Source of the DNA: Felis catus | Lineage: Eukaryota | NCBI RefSeq assembly: GCF_018350175.1 | Contig: NC_058368.1 | Location: forward strand, 39,930,001 to 39,994,000 | Direction: 5' to 3' | Length of the DNA stretch: 64,000 nucleotides | Shown here: piece after piece, positions 26,620 through 39,660 of the stretch | Layout of the letters: each line of letters begins with the position of its first letter | Numbering within the stretch: position 1 is the stretch's first letter | The notes under the pieces: model-generated | Database searches by the model: none | Told to the model about the DNA's origin: nothing | Seen by the model: the letters and a program-made list of their open reading frames with translations, nothing else | Made by a program: the position numbers and the translations under genes

Positions 26620-26835
26620 CTTCTCAACGGTTTCTATATGGAAATTCAGTGCTAGCTGCTTTAGTCTGCTATTTAATTTAATCTTCAAAACAGTAAAAGT
26701 TAGCTAATTATTAATACCCTTATGAATGAAGACACTGAGTGAAGATTAGCGATGTCAAAAAAGTTTTCCTCAATATTATTAAATTAAAATGTATAGATCA
26801 AAGATTTGGACAGGAATCTACTTGACATCTAAAAC
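26620..26835 (-). mobile_element. MIR relic
   Basis: 'atttaatcttcaaaacag...attattaatacccttatgaatgaagacactgag' is antisense MIR core. Confidence 0.55.
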
Positions 26836-27358
26836 ATAATTTACCTCAAACAAAAGTCATGTGAATTGCTGAAAATTTAATAATACTTCAATTGTTGCCT
26901 GGCCATGACTGCGTTTCAACCCAGGTTCAAACTTGGCTGAGTCTGAAGTAATAATGATTTGGCAGTCCCCTTGTATCTTCATGCATGAACTGATTTGTAT
27001 GTGACCAACCCATGCTGATTGTTCTATATCCAAGACAGGACATTTTGATCACAGTTTGCAGGGTTGCAAAAGCTAGAAGTTTCCAGGAAGATGAAAAAGT
27101 GATCATGTCATCTGCTGGTAAGGACTACATCGAAAGCTCTTCAGATAGAAAGGCAACTGCCCATTTCAATGTTAAGTGCAATTGATCTCTGGTGAAGAAG
27201 AGACTGCAGGGAATCTAGTGCCATTTGTTTTAACTCAAACGTTATGCAAGCTAGAAAACAGTGCACTAGAGCAGCATAGGCAGGAACGCATTCTCACAGA
27301 AGGTCTCTGCAGGAACGGATGTTGAGGCAGCAGACGTGAGGGTAAAGAATGATGTGTG

Positions 27359-27574
27359 TAGGCGTTTCTCACTCTCACCATTATTGACATTTGGACTGGA
27401 AAATCTGTGTGGTTTACTGTCTTGTGTATTGTCGGATGCTGAGCAGCAGCCTTGGCTTGTATCTACTAGATTCTAGTAGCACCATTCCCACATCCCATTT
27501 GCAACAACCAAAATTTCTCCAAACACTGCCGCATGCCCTTGGGGGGACAAAATCACCCCCCATTGAGAATTCCT
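27359..27574 (-). mobile_element. MER20 (hAT-Charlie non-autonomous DNA transposon)
   Basis: 'tttctcactctcaccattattgacatttggactgga...gatgctgagcagcagccttggc...ctactagattctagtagc...ggggggacaaaatcacccccattgagaattcctg' is reverse-complement MER20 with degenerate TIRs. Confidence 0.88.
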
Positions 27575-28117
27575 GACAGAGATAATCACCAGCAGAATGC
27601 TTGTGAGAACATACAAGACATACTCAGGACAATGAAAAACCAGAAATAGTTTGAACATAAGGGATCATAGGACTACAGCTGTGCATGTGAAGGAACATGT
27701 TTTATCATTTTATAGTACTTATTTTAGGTACTCATCTTAATCATGTTATAGTACTGAGTTGTTTGATATTGACAAATATTCACTTTGACCACATGCATAT
27801 TTTACTGGTAATGCTTAGTTTACCATAACTTTGGTAGGGAAATGCTTAAATCCAAGGAAACTATTTGAATCCTAAACCAGTCATTCTAAAATGGAAAGGA
27901 TTTCGTTCCCTTCTGAATGGAGGACATTAGCAATCCTGTCTTTTTCAAATCAAAAGAGTAACATGTTCTAAGAGAAAACAACAAATATTCCCTTATGATT
28001 TGAGTAAAAAGAGAAGATTAAAATAGCCTAAACCGAAAAATAGAGCTAATAGCAATATAATCATATATATAACATAATAATAATATAATAGAAAAACTAA
28101 ATCAAAACACCAATTTC

Positions 28118-28712
28118 AGGAGATACATACATTCATTGCAGCATCACTTATAATAACCAAGATATGGAAATAACCTAAGTGTCCATGGATAGATAAATGG
28201 ACAAAGAAGATGCGGTATATATATACAATGGAATATTACTCAGACATAAAAAAGAATGTAATCTTGCCATTAGGGGCAGCATGGATGGACCTCTTAGAGG
28301 GTATTATGCTGAGTGAAATAAATCAGATAGAGAAATACAATATCATATGATTTCACCTATGTGTGAAATCTAACACAAAAGAAAGCAACAAATAAAATAA
28401 AACAGAAACAGACTCATAAATATGGGAAACAAACTTATAGTCACCAGAATAGGGAGGGGTTGAGGGATGGGTAAAATAAGTGAAGGGGATTAAGAAATAC
28501 AAACTTCCACTTACAAAATAAATAAGTCATGGGGATGCAATGCACAGCATAGGGAATATAGTCAATAATACTATAATACCTTTGGATGGTGACAGATGGT
28601 AACTAGACTTACTGTGGGGATCACTTTGAAGTCTACACAAATATCAAATCACTACATTGGACACCTGAAACTAATAGGATACTGCCTCTCAATTGCACTT
28701 CAATAAAAACAA
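28118..28712 (+). mobile_element. Older carnivore/laurasiatherian L1 3' end
   Basis: ORF2 terminus ('aacctaagtgtccatggatagataaatgg...atggaatattactcag') plus a 3'UTR ending caataaaaac. Confidence 0.88.
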
Positions 28713-28714
28713 AA

Positions 28715-28955
28715 ACAGCACTATGTAGCACTTACTGTGTGCCAGGCATTCTTCTAAGTGCTTTATGTATAATAATGCATAATCTCTGCAGCAGTGCTCT
28801 TAAAGTGGGCACTGTTATTTCTGTCACTTTTTTAGATGAAAGAGCAGAGGTACATAAAGGTTGTGGGAAATGCCCAGGCCACAGTGCTGGTGGTAACACT
28901 AGAATTAGAAAAGAGGTGGTCTGATTCCCGGACACATTCTCAACCACTTGACAAA
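28715..28955 (-). mobile_element. MIR
   Basis: 'agcacttactgtgtgccaggcattcttctaagtgcttta...ttttagatgaaagagcagagg...tgcccaggccaca'. Confidence 0.8.
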
Positions 28956-31900
28956 CCATGGTGCTTCTCAAGAGAGAAAAACAAGAGGCTGACCAGCTGA
29001 TCGCTGTGCTTTGGGAACATGCTGAAAGACGAGGCTGGAATACAAAACAAGAGGCAGAGACACAAACAGAAAGAGAGAAAGAGGAAAATGTAGGAGGACG
29101 AGGAAGCATGTACGGAGGAGGATAATGACTTTTAAAAAATATAGGGACAGAGACAAAAGAGAAAAAGAATAAAAAATATAGTAATATAGTAAACCTTCAA
29201 TTACACAATTAAGAAAGAGGAACAATCAGAGAATAAGAAGTCAAATTGGTAGCTGTGACCAGTGGATACTCTTAGCAATATATAGAAAGAGGATAAAGGC
29301 TTAAGGTATTCGGACAGCATGGCCAATTAATATGCATGGGATCTTAACAGGATTCATATTTATATGTACCTCTGATGAAATAGTGGTTACAATTACTTTT
29401 AATTCTTGTTTCTTAATTTAACTTCTTAGTTAATTGGTTAAAAATTATAAAAATGCATGTAATATTTTATTCACAATAGCTCCTTTTGCTATAAAGTTCA
29501 ATATTAAGCATTCTATACAAAACATTTAAATTGACTGAATTTATTGATCATTTCCTCAAAAATCCTAGGAAAAAAATTAATTGCCCCATGGGCTAAAAAC
29601 AAATATACAGTAACTTTGGTTAATATTATAAAAAATTCAGTTTATAAACATCAATATCATTGTTGTCATAGAACATAATGACCCATTTTCTCATATTTGG
29701 GGAAAGCAAATTTTACCACTATTTAGTTCATATAAGCATCTGAGCTATTATAGTTAAGTGAAAGAAATATAAATTTCCTCAAAAATAAAAACTATGAATA
29801 TGAATGAGAATCTATCTCATCGTTTCTAGATTCCATGTTTTACCAGTATCAAAACTAACTTATATGAAATGTTCCAAACAGAGAATCTGTCCAGCTTCCA
29901 GATTGCAAATATTTGAGAAAAAATATATATCTCATTTACCCAGTGAACAGTCTATAAATTGGACATTCACAGAGGCACAAGATCATTAACTATCCTTTCA
30001 GAAGTCAATTTTCTGCTTCCTAAATTAGATCTAGAGCTAGGCTATTTTCGTACTGTAGGCTGGGAATAATATACAGATTTTGTGAAATCAGGTTTAGACC
30101 GTTTTCAGCTAAATCACATTCAGTTCAATAACAACCACTGAAAACAAAGAAGAGCCCATAAAAACAAGTTGCAGAAAACTCTTTTGTAAGTATTACTATT
30201 AAGTTTTCAAAAGATTTTATACAATGAAGTTACAGATAACCATAATTTATCAAACTCTGTCTCTGGAACTTTTCACACAAAAAGAATCAATGGAATTATG
30301 AGTGTGTTATGTGTGTGTGTTTCCATTTAATACACTGTATTTTGTTTTTAATTTTTCTTCTGTGGCTAGGTGTGTTTGGGTTGGTTTTTCATATGATTGG
30401 AGGTGTATGAAGTTGAACAGTAAAATGCTGTGATTTATTAAAAAGGCCGCTTACCTTAAGGTCATGTTTCCTTCCTTCACCTATAGGAATAGCAGTCTGA
30501 TGATCTTAAGATTCACTCTCTCTATTCAGATAAGGAAAAAGAAAACAGGATTTTTTTCACGTTTGGGTTCATATAGAAAACCAGGAACAGGCTTTCCTCA
30601 TTCAAAATAATCACTTCCTAAATTTGAAATAATGCTATTTTAATCTACCCTAGTTAAATCCTTTGGCCCTGGACATGAGTTTAAATTTATTTTATAAGAT
30701 ATTTATTATATTATTTAAATGTGTTCCTTGAACTATTGATTTCTATCATCTGACAGGGCAGTGGTTATTAATGTGATTACAGATTTATGTCTCCTATGGG
30801 CTCAATACTACTTACATTATACTGTTAATGTTTTATAATGAAAAAAGAGAAAAATAAAATTAGTTTATATGCAATATTTTCTCTACTATCATGATCTAAA
30901 ACAAAAACAAATCAATGTATGTTTATTCTAGTTAATAAAATTGGATATTAATTTTAAATTGCCACATAAAACTTTTTGTAAGTATTTTATGTTGAGTTCA
31001 ATTAAAAAAAAAAAGGAGTTATCTTGAGTCATGGCAAGAAATGGGGCAAAAACAATCAGCAATAGTTACAAAGGTCAGGACTAGATAAACAAAGCCAGTA
31101 AGTAAAAAGTACTCAACTGCTTAAAATATTTTGAAGCTGGGGAATGAAGAGGAAACAAAGGAAATGTGGTGATGTCATGAGAAAGAGCCTTATATCTAAA
31201 GGAGATCATATTTGATCATATACCAGGCATCGTGGCCCCCAAACTAGCTTGATCCTAACATACATGTCATTACTGAGGACTAGGTGGTAAGAGAATAAAA
31301 GTTTTCGTTCGGGGAACATGGATCTATTCTACTCTACTATCTGGTAATTTAGGGGTTTTTTGTTTGCATGCTTTAAACTAAACATTCTTAAATACATAAT
31401 CATGAATTTGAATTATGTTTTAGCTGAAAACCAAGAAATGAAAGGGGAAATTGCATTTTGATGGCACCCAGGAAGTAGAAGAAATTGACTTGAGGCATGT
31501 TCTAAGCACTGGTGCCCAGGAAAGGCAGACATGAAGAAACTGAAAATGATAGGTCCTGAAATATGGGACGTGGGCTACAACCCACACTGGACACTTTCCA
31601 CATTGTACCTGCAATGGGAAAAGAACCACTAAAGTAATGGGACCAGTGCAGTAGGACAGGAATCAGAAAGCAAGTCACTACTTTGTCATAAGGACTTGTA
31701 CTACAAGCGCGAAAATAAGTATAAAATGCACGATAATAATAATTATGGATTTTTAACACCTCCTTCAAGGTTCTAAAGAACTTCTATATAAACTACAGCA
31801 ACAGATCTTTATCTTTTTCTATCTGTATCTCTTGAGAGACAGAGACAAAGAGATACATAATTGCTAAGGTATATTAGCGTATGCTTATAGGAACTTAATG

Positions 31901-32527
31901 AAAAGAATATGTATTTTGAACATCTGGTAAAAATGGATCCAAATTCAACATGAACATGACAAATAATTTAATCTTTTTAAGCATACTTTACTTAACACCA
32001 TAATGGTGCATTTCCTTCTTTGCAAATTTGTTGTGAGATTCTACAAAATGGTTAAGTCTTTTCTTCAGGGTTTAGATGTAAATTCCTTACTCCCCCCAAA
32101 AATTTAGAAAAAGCTGCCTTCATTTAAGTAATTTTGAAAAAGACCAGCTCTCACCTAATGAGTGCATTCTTCTTTTTGGTATCATATACATACATTAACT
32201 AGAGAAATTTGTGGAATAATTGTTGGGAATTGGGGACATGGACACAGATTTTACTTTCATTCTATTTACTTTATTAACATTCCATAAGCCACCTCTCCTC
32301 TAGGAGAGTGTTAGCTGTTTTGATTGTCTTTACTGTCCACTGAAGTATGCAGAATGACTAAAATAAAGTGAATGCTGTTTTTTGATTTGCTAGAAAAATA
32401 ATTTTATATTCCTTATGTGATTTAGCTTGAAAATAATCACGGATGTACAAATCATAGAATGGGTCAGTGAATGGATAAGTAGATGGCATGCTTTATTTCT
32501 ATACTAAATAACAAAAATTATATGTTT

Positions 32528-32739
32528 GGGGCATCTGGGTGGCTCAGTCGGGTTGAGCCTCCGACTTTGGCTCAGGTCATGATCTCACAGCTCGTGAGTT
32601 TGAGCCCCGCATCAGGCTCTGTGCTGACAGCTCAGAGCCTGGAGCCTGCTTCAGGTTCTATGTCTCCTTTCTCCCTGTCCCTTGCCCACTCACACTCTGT
32701 CTCTCTCGCTCTCAATTGTAAATAAACATTAAAAAAAAA
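32528..32739 (+). mobile_element. CanSINE (felid)
   Basis: Full head, body and A-tail. TSD aaaaattatatgttt / aaaaattgtatgtct. Confidence 0.95.
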
Positions 32740-35516
32740 TTGTATGTCTATGTCTGAGTTGTAATACAAAAATTATAACAATGATCCCATCAGTGGATTT
32801 ACTCTGGAATGTGACTTCAGAATAGACAAACATACCATTGTGATACAGCTATCCTATTTTAAGGAGATTTTCTCTTACTCTTGAGTCATATTCAAAATGG
32901 ATTTATAATATTTCCTGAACAAGAGACTATTGGACTTTTGTTGAATTGTGTTTAGTTTTAAAAAGAAAACTCTGTATCATCCCTTAACTTGAATAGACTG
33001 GATCCATATTACCCAAATCAAAACCATTTTATCTCCTGCTGAGCAAAATAGTAAAAATATTTAAAGCACCTAATTTCCTTTTGACTATAATATTTACCTA
33101 TCCTTGAATCTTGAGGCCATATTCCATAGAAATAACGTATTCCTTTCCTCTGTTGAGTCCACATTTTTTCAACCTTACCTTCTAACTTGTTTCCCCTAAG
33201 TCACCTAAAGTCTGTGAAAAGTTTTAACTCCTAATATATCTCAGCTTCCAGGGAAAGAAGACTGAATGTTCCTTTAATCATAGCTGCGAACTCTGTATAC
33301 AAAATGCTCTGCATTCATTTTTATGAACTGAAATCTCAATCAAATGTTCTATACATTGAAACAAAGTTGTTGCTTGCAAAATGCCACCATTTCTTTCACA
33401 TTATTTTCTTCCCTTTGTATAGTCTGCATACCCCAAAAAGGCACTGTTGTGCCACCACCACAACTTTTCCCTTCATGCTTCCAAGGGTTCTGGCCAGGAA
33501 CTTGGAATTTAGGGACTAGGGTAGGAAGTATTTCATCTCTAATTTGCAGGCTTGTGTTTTCAGGTTGAAAAGGTGACTTAGCTTTATAACTGAACAATGA
33601 CTTAGCTTTTACAGCAAATTGCTGGCTATTGCTAACTAATATAATATACTTATGGGTAATGAGGGCAAGCAAAATGAAAAATAACTAGAAAGTACAGTGT
33701 TAGGACATCTTATGTATCTACTTGTAAACTCAGCATGCTCACACAACTATAGGAAAAATGCAAGGTATGTTATATAGCTAATAGATTTAAAAGTCAGATC
33801 AAAGAACCTCTATTTACTGACCAGTAGCCCTCAGAAGCATGTTTGAAAATGATGCAATTTCCAGATATGTAGTACAAATTATGATCACAGTGTGCAGAAA
33901 TGAGAAATCTCTTGGTTACATCATAATGATTGTTTGCCCACTGTCCCCAAAAACCCTAACTTGGTGTATACAGAACCCTAGACGGTGTATATAATAGCTG
34001 CAAGCCCTCCATGTTGTCTACTCCACTAAAGCTATAGCATTGTTTTGATTATCTTTTATGATTCCCTCTCTCAGCACCTTCATTCCTTAATTTCTGTCCT
34101 CTACTCACTCAGCCCATTCCTACGTCTCAACAGGCCCCACAAAAATATTTGTTCATTTTTGCACTGTAGCTGCCTAAGGCAGTAAGTAAAGATTCCAGCT
34201 GAGCTAAACAGTGTATTTGTGCTTTGCTAAAACGTAATGTGTTTTTGCCAGGTTTGCAGTTTTTTCCTACTACAGGTCCTTTTCAAGATTCTATCACCTT
34301 TACAGCCTATCTATATTTTTTCCAATGTTGTTCACAATATTCCAAAAACGTGTGCTTGACATTCCCCATAGATGTTGACGTGGATTCCATATCATGACCC
34401 AGGAGCCCTCTCGATATAAATGTACCCATGATGGATGGTGACCTCCTCTGATATTTATAGTATAGCTGTTGGAACCATTGTAAGGATTACTGATCTGTGA
34501 AGGAAATCTGCTAGGTTTACTGAGACACTGTGTTTTAGAATTCAATTATATTGTTAACAGCAAATTACATGTCCAAGTTAGAAAAATATAATTTAAATTA
34601 GTTATTTGTAATACATATATATTCTACTCAAAGCTCCTGTGAATAAATCAAATATTATGTATTTTATAGTATTTACTTCTTTTAAAAATATTTTTCCATT
34701 TTTATATACTGCATCAGAAAGAAGCAACATATTGGTCAACAAGAGATACAGAGTTTTCTCTTACACTTCTTACAATATTAGATTGAAGTAATCCTTAATT
34801 TTAATTGCAGGTTCCACACCTCATTCTTTGATGCTTCCTAAAAGCCTGCATAGAACTTCCAATTGCAGTTTGCCATGTAGGGAAGAAGCTGTCACTTCTA
34901 TCCACAGACAAGGCAAGAAAAAAGACTGCCTAAACTGAAAATCAATAACTCTTTTTGATCTATCAGAGAACTGAGGTCACAGTGCAAACCACTGCCCCCA
35001 AAACTGTAGACAGGTGGATACAGAGAATCACAGCTTCCTAGAGCAGAAGCACAGGAGCAGAAAACTCCAATGGCAGCAGTCCCAGGGTCGAAAAACCTTA
35101 ACTGTAAGTGGTAAATTGCTGAAGGCTCAGTATGGACACATTTGAGAGAGAAAAATCTCGGGGGTGGGGGAGGGGCAACTACAGAGGCCCAGTTATAGAG
35201 GGGGCCTCTATAATAAAGATCAGAAAAAAAATCCTTCTTGCTCCCAGCAAGGGGAGAAAAAAGTAAACATTCTGAAATTCACCCAGATCATTCCATTTTT
35301 CTTAACATGGTCTGACCTCAAGAGTAACTATTTTAGTGGGCCTAGCCAACTAGGATATTACCAGAGAGCCTAATTGACTTAGGTGAAAGTAAAACTCGAA
35401 CTCCAGCCCAAACTAGCCATCCTGTCTCCCCTAAGTGGGAACAAAGAAAACAAAACTGAGCAGCATGTTCATAGGTGACAGCACAGGGCATGAGCTCACC
35501 AAAAGACTGAAACATA

Positions 35517-35655
35517 GGGCACCTGGGTGGCTCAGTCAGTTAAGCATCCAATTTCAGCTCAGGTCATGATATCGTGGTCCGTGAGTACGAGCCCCACGAC
35601 GGTCAGGCTCTGTGCTGACAGCTCAGAGACTGAAGCCTGCTTTGGATTCTTTCTT

Positions 35656-35710
<55 letters not shown>

Positions 35711-35727
35711 AATAAACATTAAAAAAA
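35517..35727 (+). mobile_element. CanSINE with expanded (CT)n
   Basis: gggcacctgggtggctcagtcagttaagc...(CT)n...aataaacattaaaa. Confidence 0.95.
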
Positions 35728-36198
35728 GGCCAAAACCTAATCATAGAACTATAGAACACCTCCTTTCCACTACACCTTACCACCACTTAGTAAAACTGGG
35801 TAATAATGGGGGGTTACAAGGAAATAAACTGCATCTCAAATGTTAAAAAGAAATATTTAGAAAAACCCAAAGACAAGGGAGACCAAAACAAGTACACCAG
35901 AGAAAATTCTAGCCTTTAAATTCTACAGGTATAATGAATAGTAAATGCAACCGAATCCCTAGCCAGATAAATATAAAACTTCACACTAAAGGCTTATTTA
36001 TCTGGGTTCCTTTTACTCAGTTCATCATGTCCACGCTCCTTTTACTCAGTGCATCATGTCCAGCTTTCAACAAAAAAATTACAAGGCATACCAAAAGACT
36101 AAACACAGTTCGAAGAGAGAGATCCAACATCAGAACCAAATTCAGATATGGCAGACATCATAGAATTATCAGACTAGGAATTTAAAACAGCAATGACA

Positions 36199-36414
36199 GG
36201 GGCGCCTGGGTGGCGCAGTCGGTTAAGCGTCCGACTTCAGCCAGGTCACGATCTCGCGGTCCGTGAGTTCGAGCCCCGCGTTGGGCTCTGGGCTGATGGC
36301 TCAGAGCCTGGAGCCTGTTTCTGATTCTGTGTCTCCCTCTCTCTCTGCCCCTCCCCCGTTCATGCTCTGTCTCTCTCTGTCCCAAAAATAAATAAACGTT
36401 GAAAAAAAAATTTA
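36199..36414 (+). mobile_element. Young felid CanSINE (SINEC_Fc-type)
   Basis: Near-identical to the element at 650-861 with CpGs intact. TSD aaaacagcaatga at 36184 and 36415. Confidence 0.97.
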
Positions 36415-36743
36415 AAAACAGCAATGATTAAAATGCTGAGGACTCTAATGCAAAAAGTAAATCACATAAAAAAAACAAGTGAGTAATTTGAGAGATGAAA
36501 ATTCTTAAAAAGAAAGAAGAATCAGAAGGAAATCAAGGACATCACAACAGAAATGAAAGACTACTTTTGATGGGCTTATCAATAGACTGGACACAGCTAA
36601 GGAAACAATCAGTAACCTTGAAATGTCAACAGAAACTTCCACAACTGAAATGCAAAGAGAAAAAAAAGAACATCACAACAGAATACCCAAGAACTGTGGG
36701 GTAATTACAAAAGTTTTTAAAATACATGTGATGAGACATACCA

Positions 36744-36751
36744 GAAAGGGA

Positions 36752-36814
<63 letters not shown>

Positions 36815-36972
36815 GGAAAAAGAGAGAGAGAGGGAGGGAGGGAGGGAGGGAGGGAGGGAGGGAGGAAGGAAGGAAGGAAGGAAGGAAGGAAGGAAGGAAG
36901 GAAGGAAGGAAGGAAGGAATGGAGAAAGAGAGAAAAGAAGAAAAGAAAGGAAAAGAAAAGAAAAAAGAAAAA
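36744..36972. repeat. Compound polypurine microsatellite (GAAA)n-(GA)n-(GGGA)n-(GGAA)n
   Basis: Direct reading. It is the source of the spurious low-complexity ORFs. Confidence 0.97.
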
Positions 36973-37249
36973 TATTTGAAGGAACAAGGACTAAAAATTT
37001 CCCAAAATTGATGAGGGACACCCATCACAGACCCATGAAGTTTAGAAAACACAAAGCAGGAAATACCATAAAATATACACTTAAGCATATCATAATCAAC
37101 CCACAGAAAATGAAAGACAAAGAAAAATCTTAAAAGAAGCTAGAGGAAAAAGTCTCTGCTGCTTCACCAAGGCTCATGACATTAGTTTACCAATGTGTAA
37201 CAATTCTGGGCGCCTCTGGGCACTCCTCATCTGGAAAACATCAGCAAAT

Positions 37250-39130
37250 GGTTCAGTCTCTCTCCCTTTGTCATTCGTACTGACCACATTTTTGGTGATT
37301 TTAGTATTCAATTAATGAATTTTATCACACTGTGACTCAGATGAAGGGTTCTGAGTCACATCTGAGTCACAATGTTTAATGGTCTAACCCTAAAAGATGT
37401 CAACAAATGTACCTAACTCATAAACCAAGTATCAAATAGCACACTCTCCGAGCACCAGATTTTATATTCCCAGCTAGGACTCACTAAAATTCTGATTCCA
37501 ACTACTGTACCTCACTAAGAGCTCCAATCCATTGCTTCTTCCTTTATAATTTTCTGTCATCTCCCTATATAGCCCCACTTCCCTCTTTTTAATGGCTATA
37601 TTCTTAAGCCACCATTAAAATCTCTCACTGCTCACATCTGGTTCTAATTTACATTCATAATCACTAGACTCAAGGGTGTCTTTAGTTCTGCTCAGTAATC
37701 CTACTACATGTCTCTACTTTTTCACTTTCATCCTCTCAGAGATGATTATCCACATCAGCCAATGCATTACTTTCTTATTCCATGAGAAAATAAAAGCAAT
37801 CAGAAGACAAGTCACCTGTATTCTTCACTCCAAAAAAATGCCTTTGTATCTACACCCACAGAATCTGTTTTCATCCCTCTTATGACAGAAATGTTCGCCA
37901 TCTTATCTGAAGTTAATTGCATCATATATGCCTCAGATCCCTTTTCCTATAGTAAGATTCAGGAATTTTCTCCAGTAATTCCTCTGTCTTTCATCCTTAG
38001 TTGTTTGGTTTATTTTTTTCCACCCCTCCACATAATTGTCTTTTCCATATACAAAAATGTGTATCCACTTCCCTACAATCAAAAGAAATTCCTCTTGCCA
38101 CCCATTGCCCCACTCCTAATACTGTCTCAATGTTTTGCTTAAGTTTATAAGGGGGGAAAGGGCTGAAACAATTATGTATTCTCTATGTTCCCAATTTCCT
38201 TGTCCATATTATCTTTCCAATCTATTACAATTCAAATTTCACTTTTTCAGGGTCACCAAAACATCCCTTTTCCAAAACCCACTCCCTCTTTCTTCAAATA
38301 CTCTCTATACCCCAGGTAGAATTATTCTCTTACCTTTCCTCCTTTCTTACTAGTCATGTCCCTTTACTTTCCTGTCCTCAAGAAGTGAATTTTCAAGGAA
38401 ATGTTTCGGCGATTGTTCCACTGCTTTAATTTCTGTATTTATATTAAATCCAGGTGATCTTATCCAAGCCCATGTCTTTACAGATAGTTACAGTTACCAG
38501 ATGTCTTCCTTTACAGATAGTTACAGTTACTAGATGTCTTCTAACAACCATTCTGATTCCTGTCTCCTTCTCTTGCAGGCTTTTTGCAGAAGTCTCCAAC
38601 ATTTCTAACTCCACCCATTCTTGTTGCTCCCACAATATCAGATTCTAACAATTTTCCCCTGCTTGTCTGTCTGAAGCCACAGACACCTCCTTAGTGTTCC
38701 TAGAAAGCAATCAGTCAAATTGTGTGTCCAGACCCTTGCAAGTACTGCTGTCTCTGACCTGGAAACCCTGCCCTGAAATATTTGCATTGCCTGATCCCTC
38801 CTTCAATTTCCCTTATAGAGAAACCACTTATTTTTTTTTTACTTTTTATTTATTTTTGAGAGAGAGGTGGAGGGAGGGGCAGTGAGAGAGGGAGAGAGAA
38901 CCCCAAGCAGACTCCTCTGTCAGGGCAGAGCCCGGTGTAGGGCTCACATGTGAGATCATGACCTGAGCCGATATCAAGAGTTGGAAGCTCAACAGACTGA
39001 CTTACCCAGGTGCCCCAGGAACCCACTTCTAAACATCCTTTGTAACACGATATTCTAACCTTCATTTTTTTTTCTGGCTCTAAGTTTATTTTTCCATTTT
39101 CCTCTACTAACTGAAGCTCCACAAACTGTG
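37250..39130 (+). mobile_element. L2 relic (long, interrupted)
   Basis: L2-like motifs 'ttggtgattttagtattca', 'ttcttattccatgagaaaataaaagcaatcagaaga', 'tactgctgtctctgacctggaaaccctg', 'actgaagctccac'. Confidence 0.65.
38830..39016 (-). mobile_element. CanSINE
   Basis: Antisense SINE ending 'acccaggtgcccc'. TSD gaaaccactt / gaacccactt. Confidence 0.92.
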
Positions 39131-39417
39131 TTGAAAGACTGAAGGAAACAAAACATATTTTCACTTTTCAAGTACCCAAAATATCTCTACTACTTTCTTC
39201 TCTATTATTCTATAATGTTCATATTTATGTTCTCCATTGATTTGGTGTAATGTAAGTTTTTATAAGGAAAGGATAATTTTAGCATGAGAAAATTTTATTA
39301 TCTTGACTATAACTTTATAGTGGGTAAAAAGAGTAAAATCGAGGAGGTAGCCTTAAAAAGAGGCTCTTCTCAAGGTTCTCAGGTTTCTGATACAATCAAA
39401 ATGATCCTACAGACTCT

Positions 39418-39660
39418 TTCTTTAAATTTTTTAAAGTTTTTATTTAAATTCCAATTAGTTAACATACAATATAATATTCCTTTCATGTGTACAATTTAGT
39501 GATTCAACACTTACATAGAATACCCAGTGCTCATCACAAATGCCCTCCTTAATCTCCATCATTTAACCCATCTCCACTCACCTCCCCTCTGGTAACTCTC
39601 AGTTTGTTCTCTGTCGCTAAGAGTCTGTTTCTTGGCTTGCCTCTCTCTTTTTCTCCCTAC
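39418..39660 (-). mobile_element. Carnivore L1 3'UTR fragment
   Basis: 'tttatttaaattccaattagttaacatac...acccagtgctcatcacaaatgccctccttaat...cagtttgttctct...aagagtc' resembles the 3'UTR at 9640-9850. Confidence 0.88.

Larger units (their letters stand above)
34850..37150 (+). mobile_element. Ancient L1 5'UTR/ORF1 remnant (L1MC/L1MD-like)
   Basis: 5' motif 'aaactgaaaatcaataactct...agagaactgaggtcacag'. ORF1-like 'tttgatgggcttatcaatagactggacacagc...aatcagtaaccttgaa' and 'aaaatcttaaaagaagctagagg'. Confidence 0.75.

Noticed and set aside
28732..29109. 125-aa minus-strand ORF
   Set aside because: It runs from a pyrimidine-rich tract into a MIR, with no recognisable protein similarity.
34300..34545. 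81-aa minus-strand ORF with an acceptor-like site
   Set aside because: No recognisable homology and no convincing exon partner, so it cannot be supported without expression data.
36623..37088. ORFs of 104-131 aa on both strands
   Set aside because: They are translations of the GAAA/GGAA microsatellite, with no coding signal.
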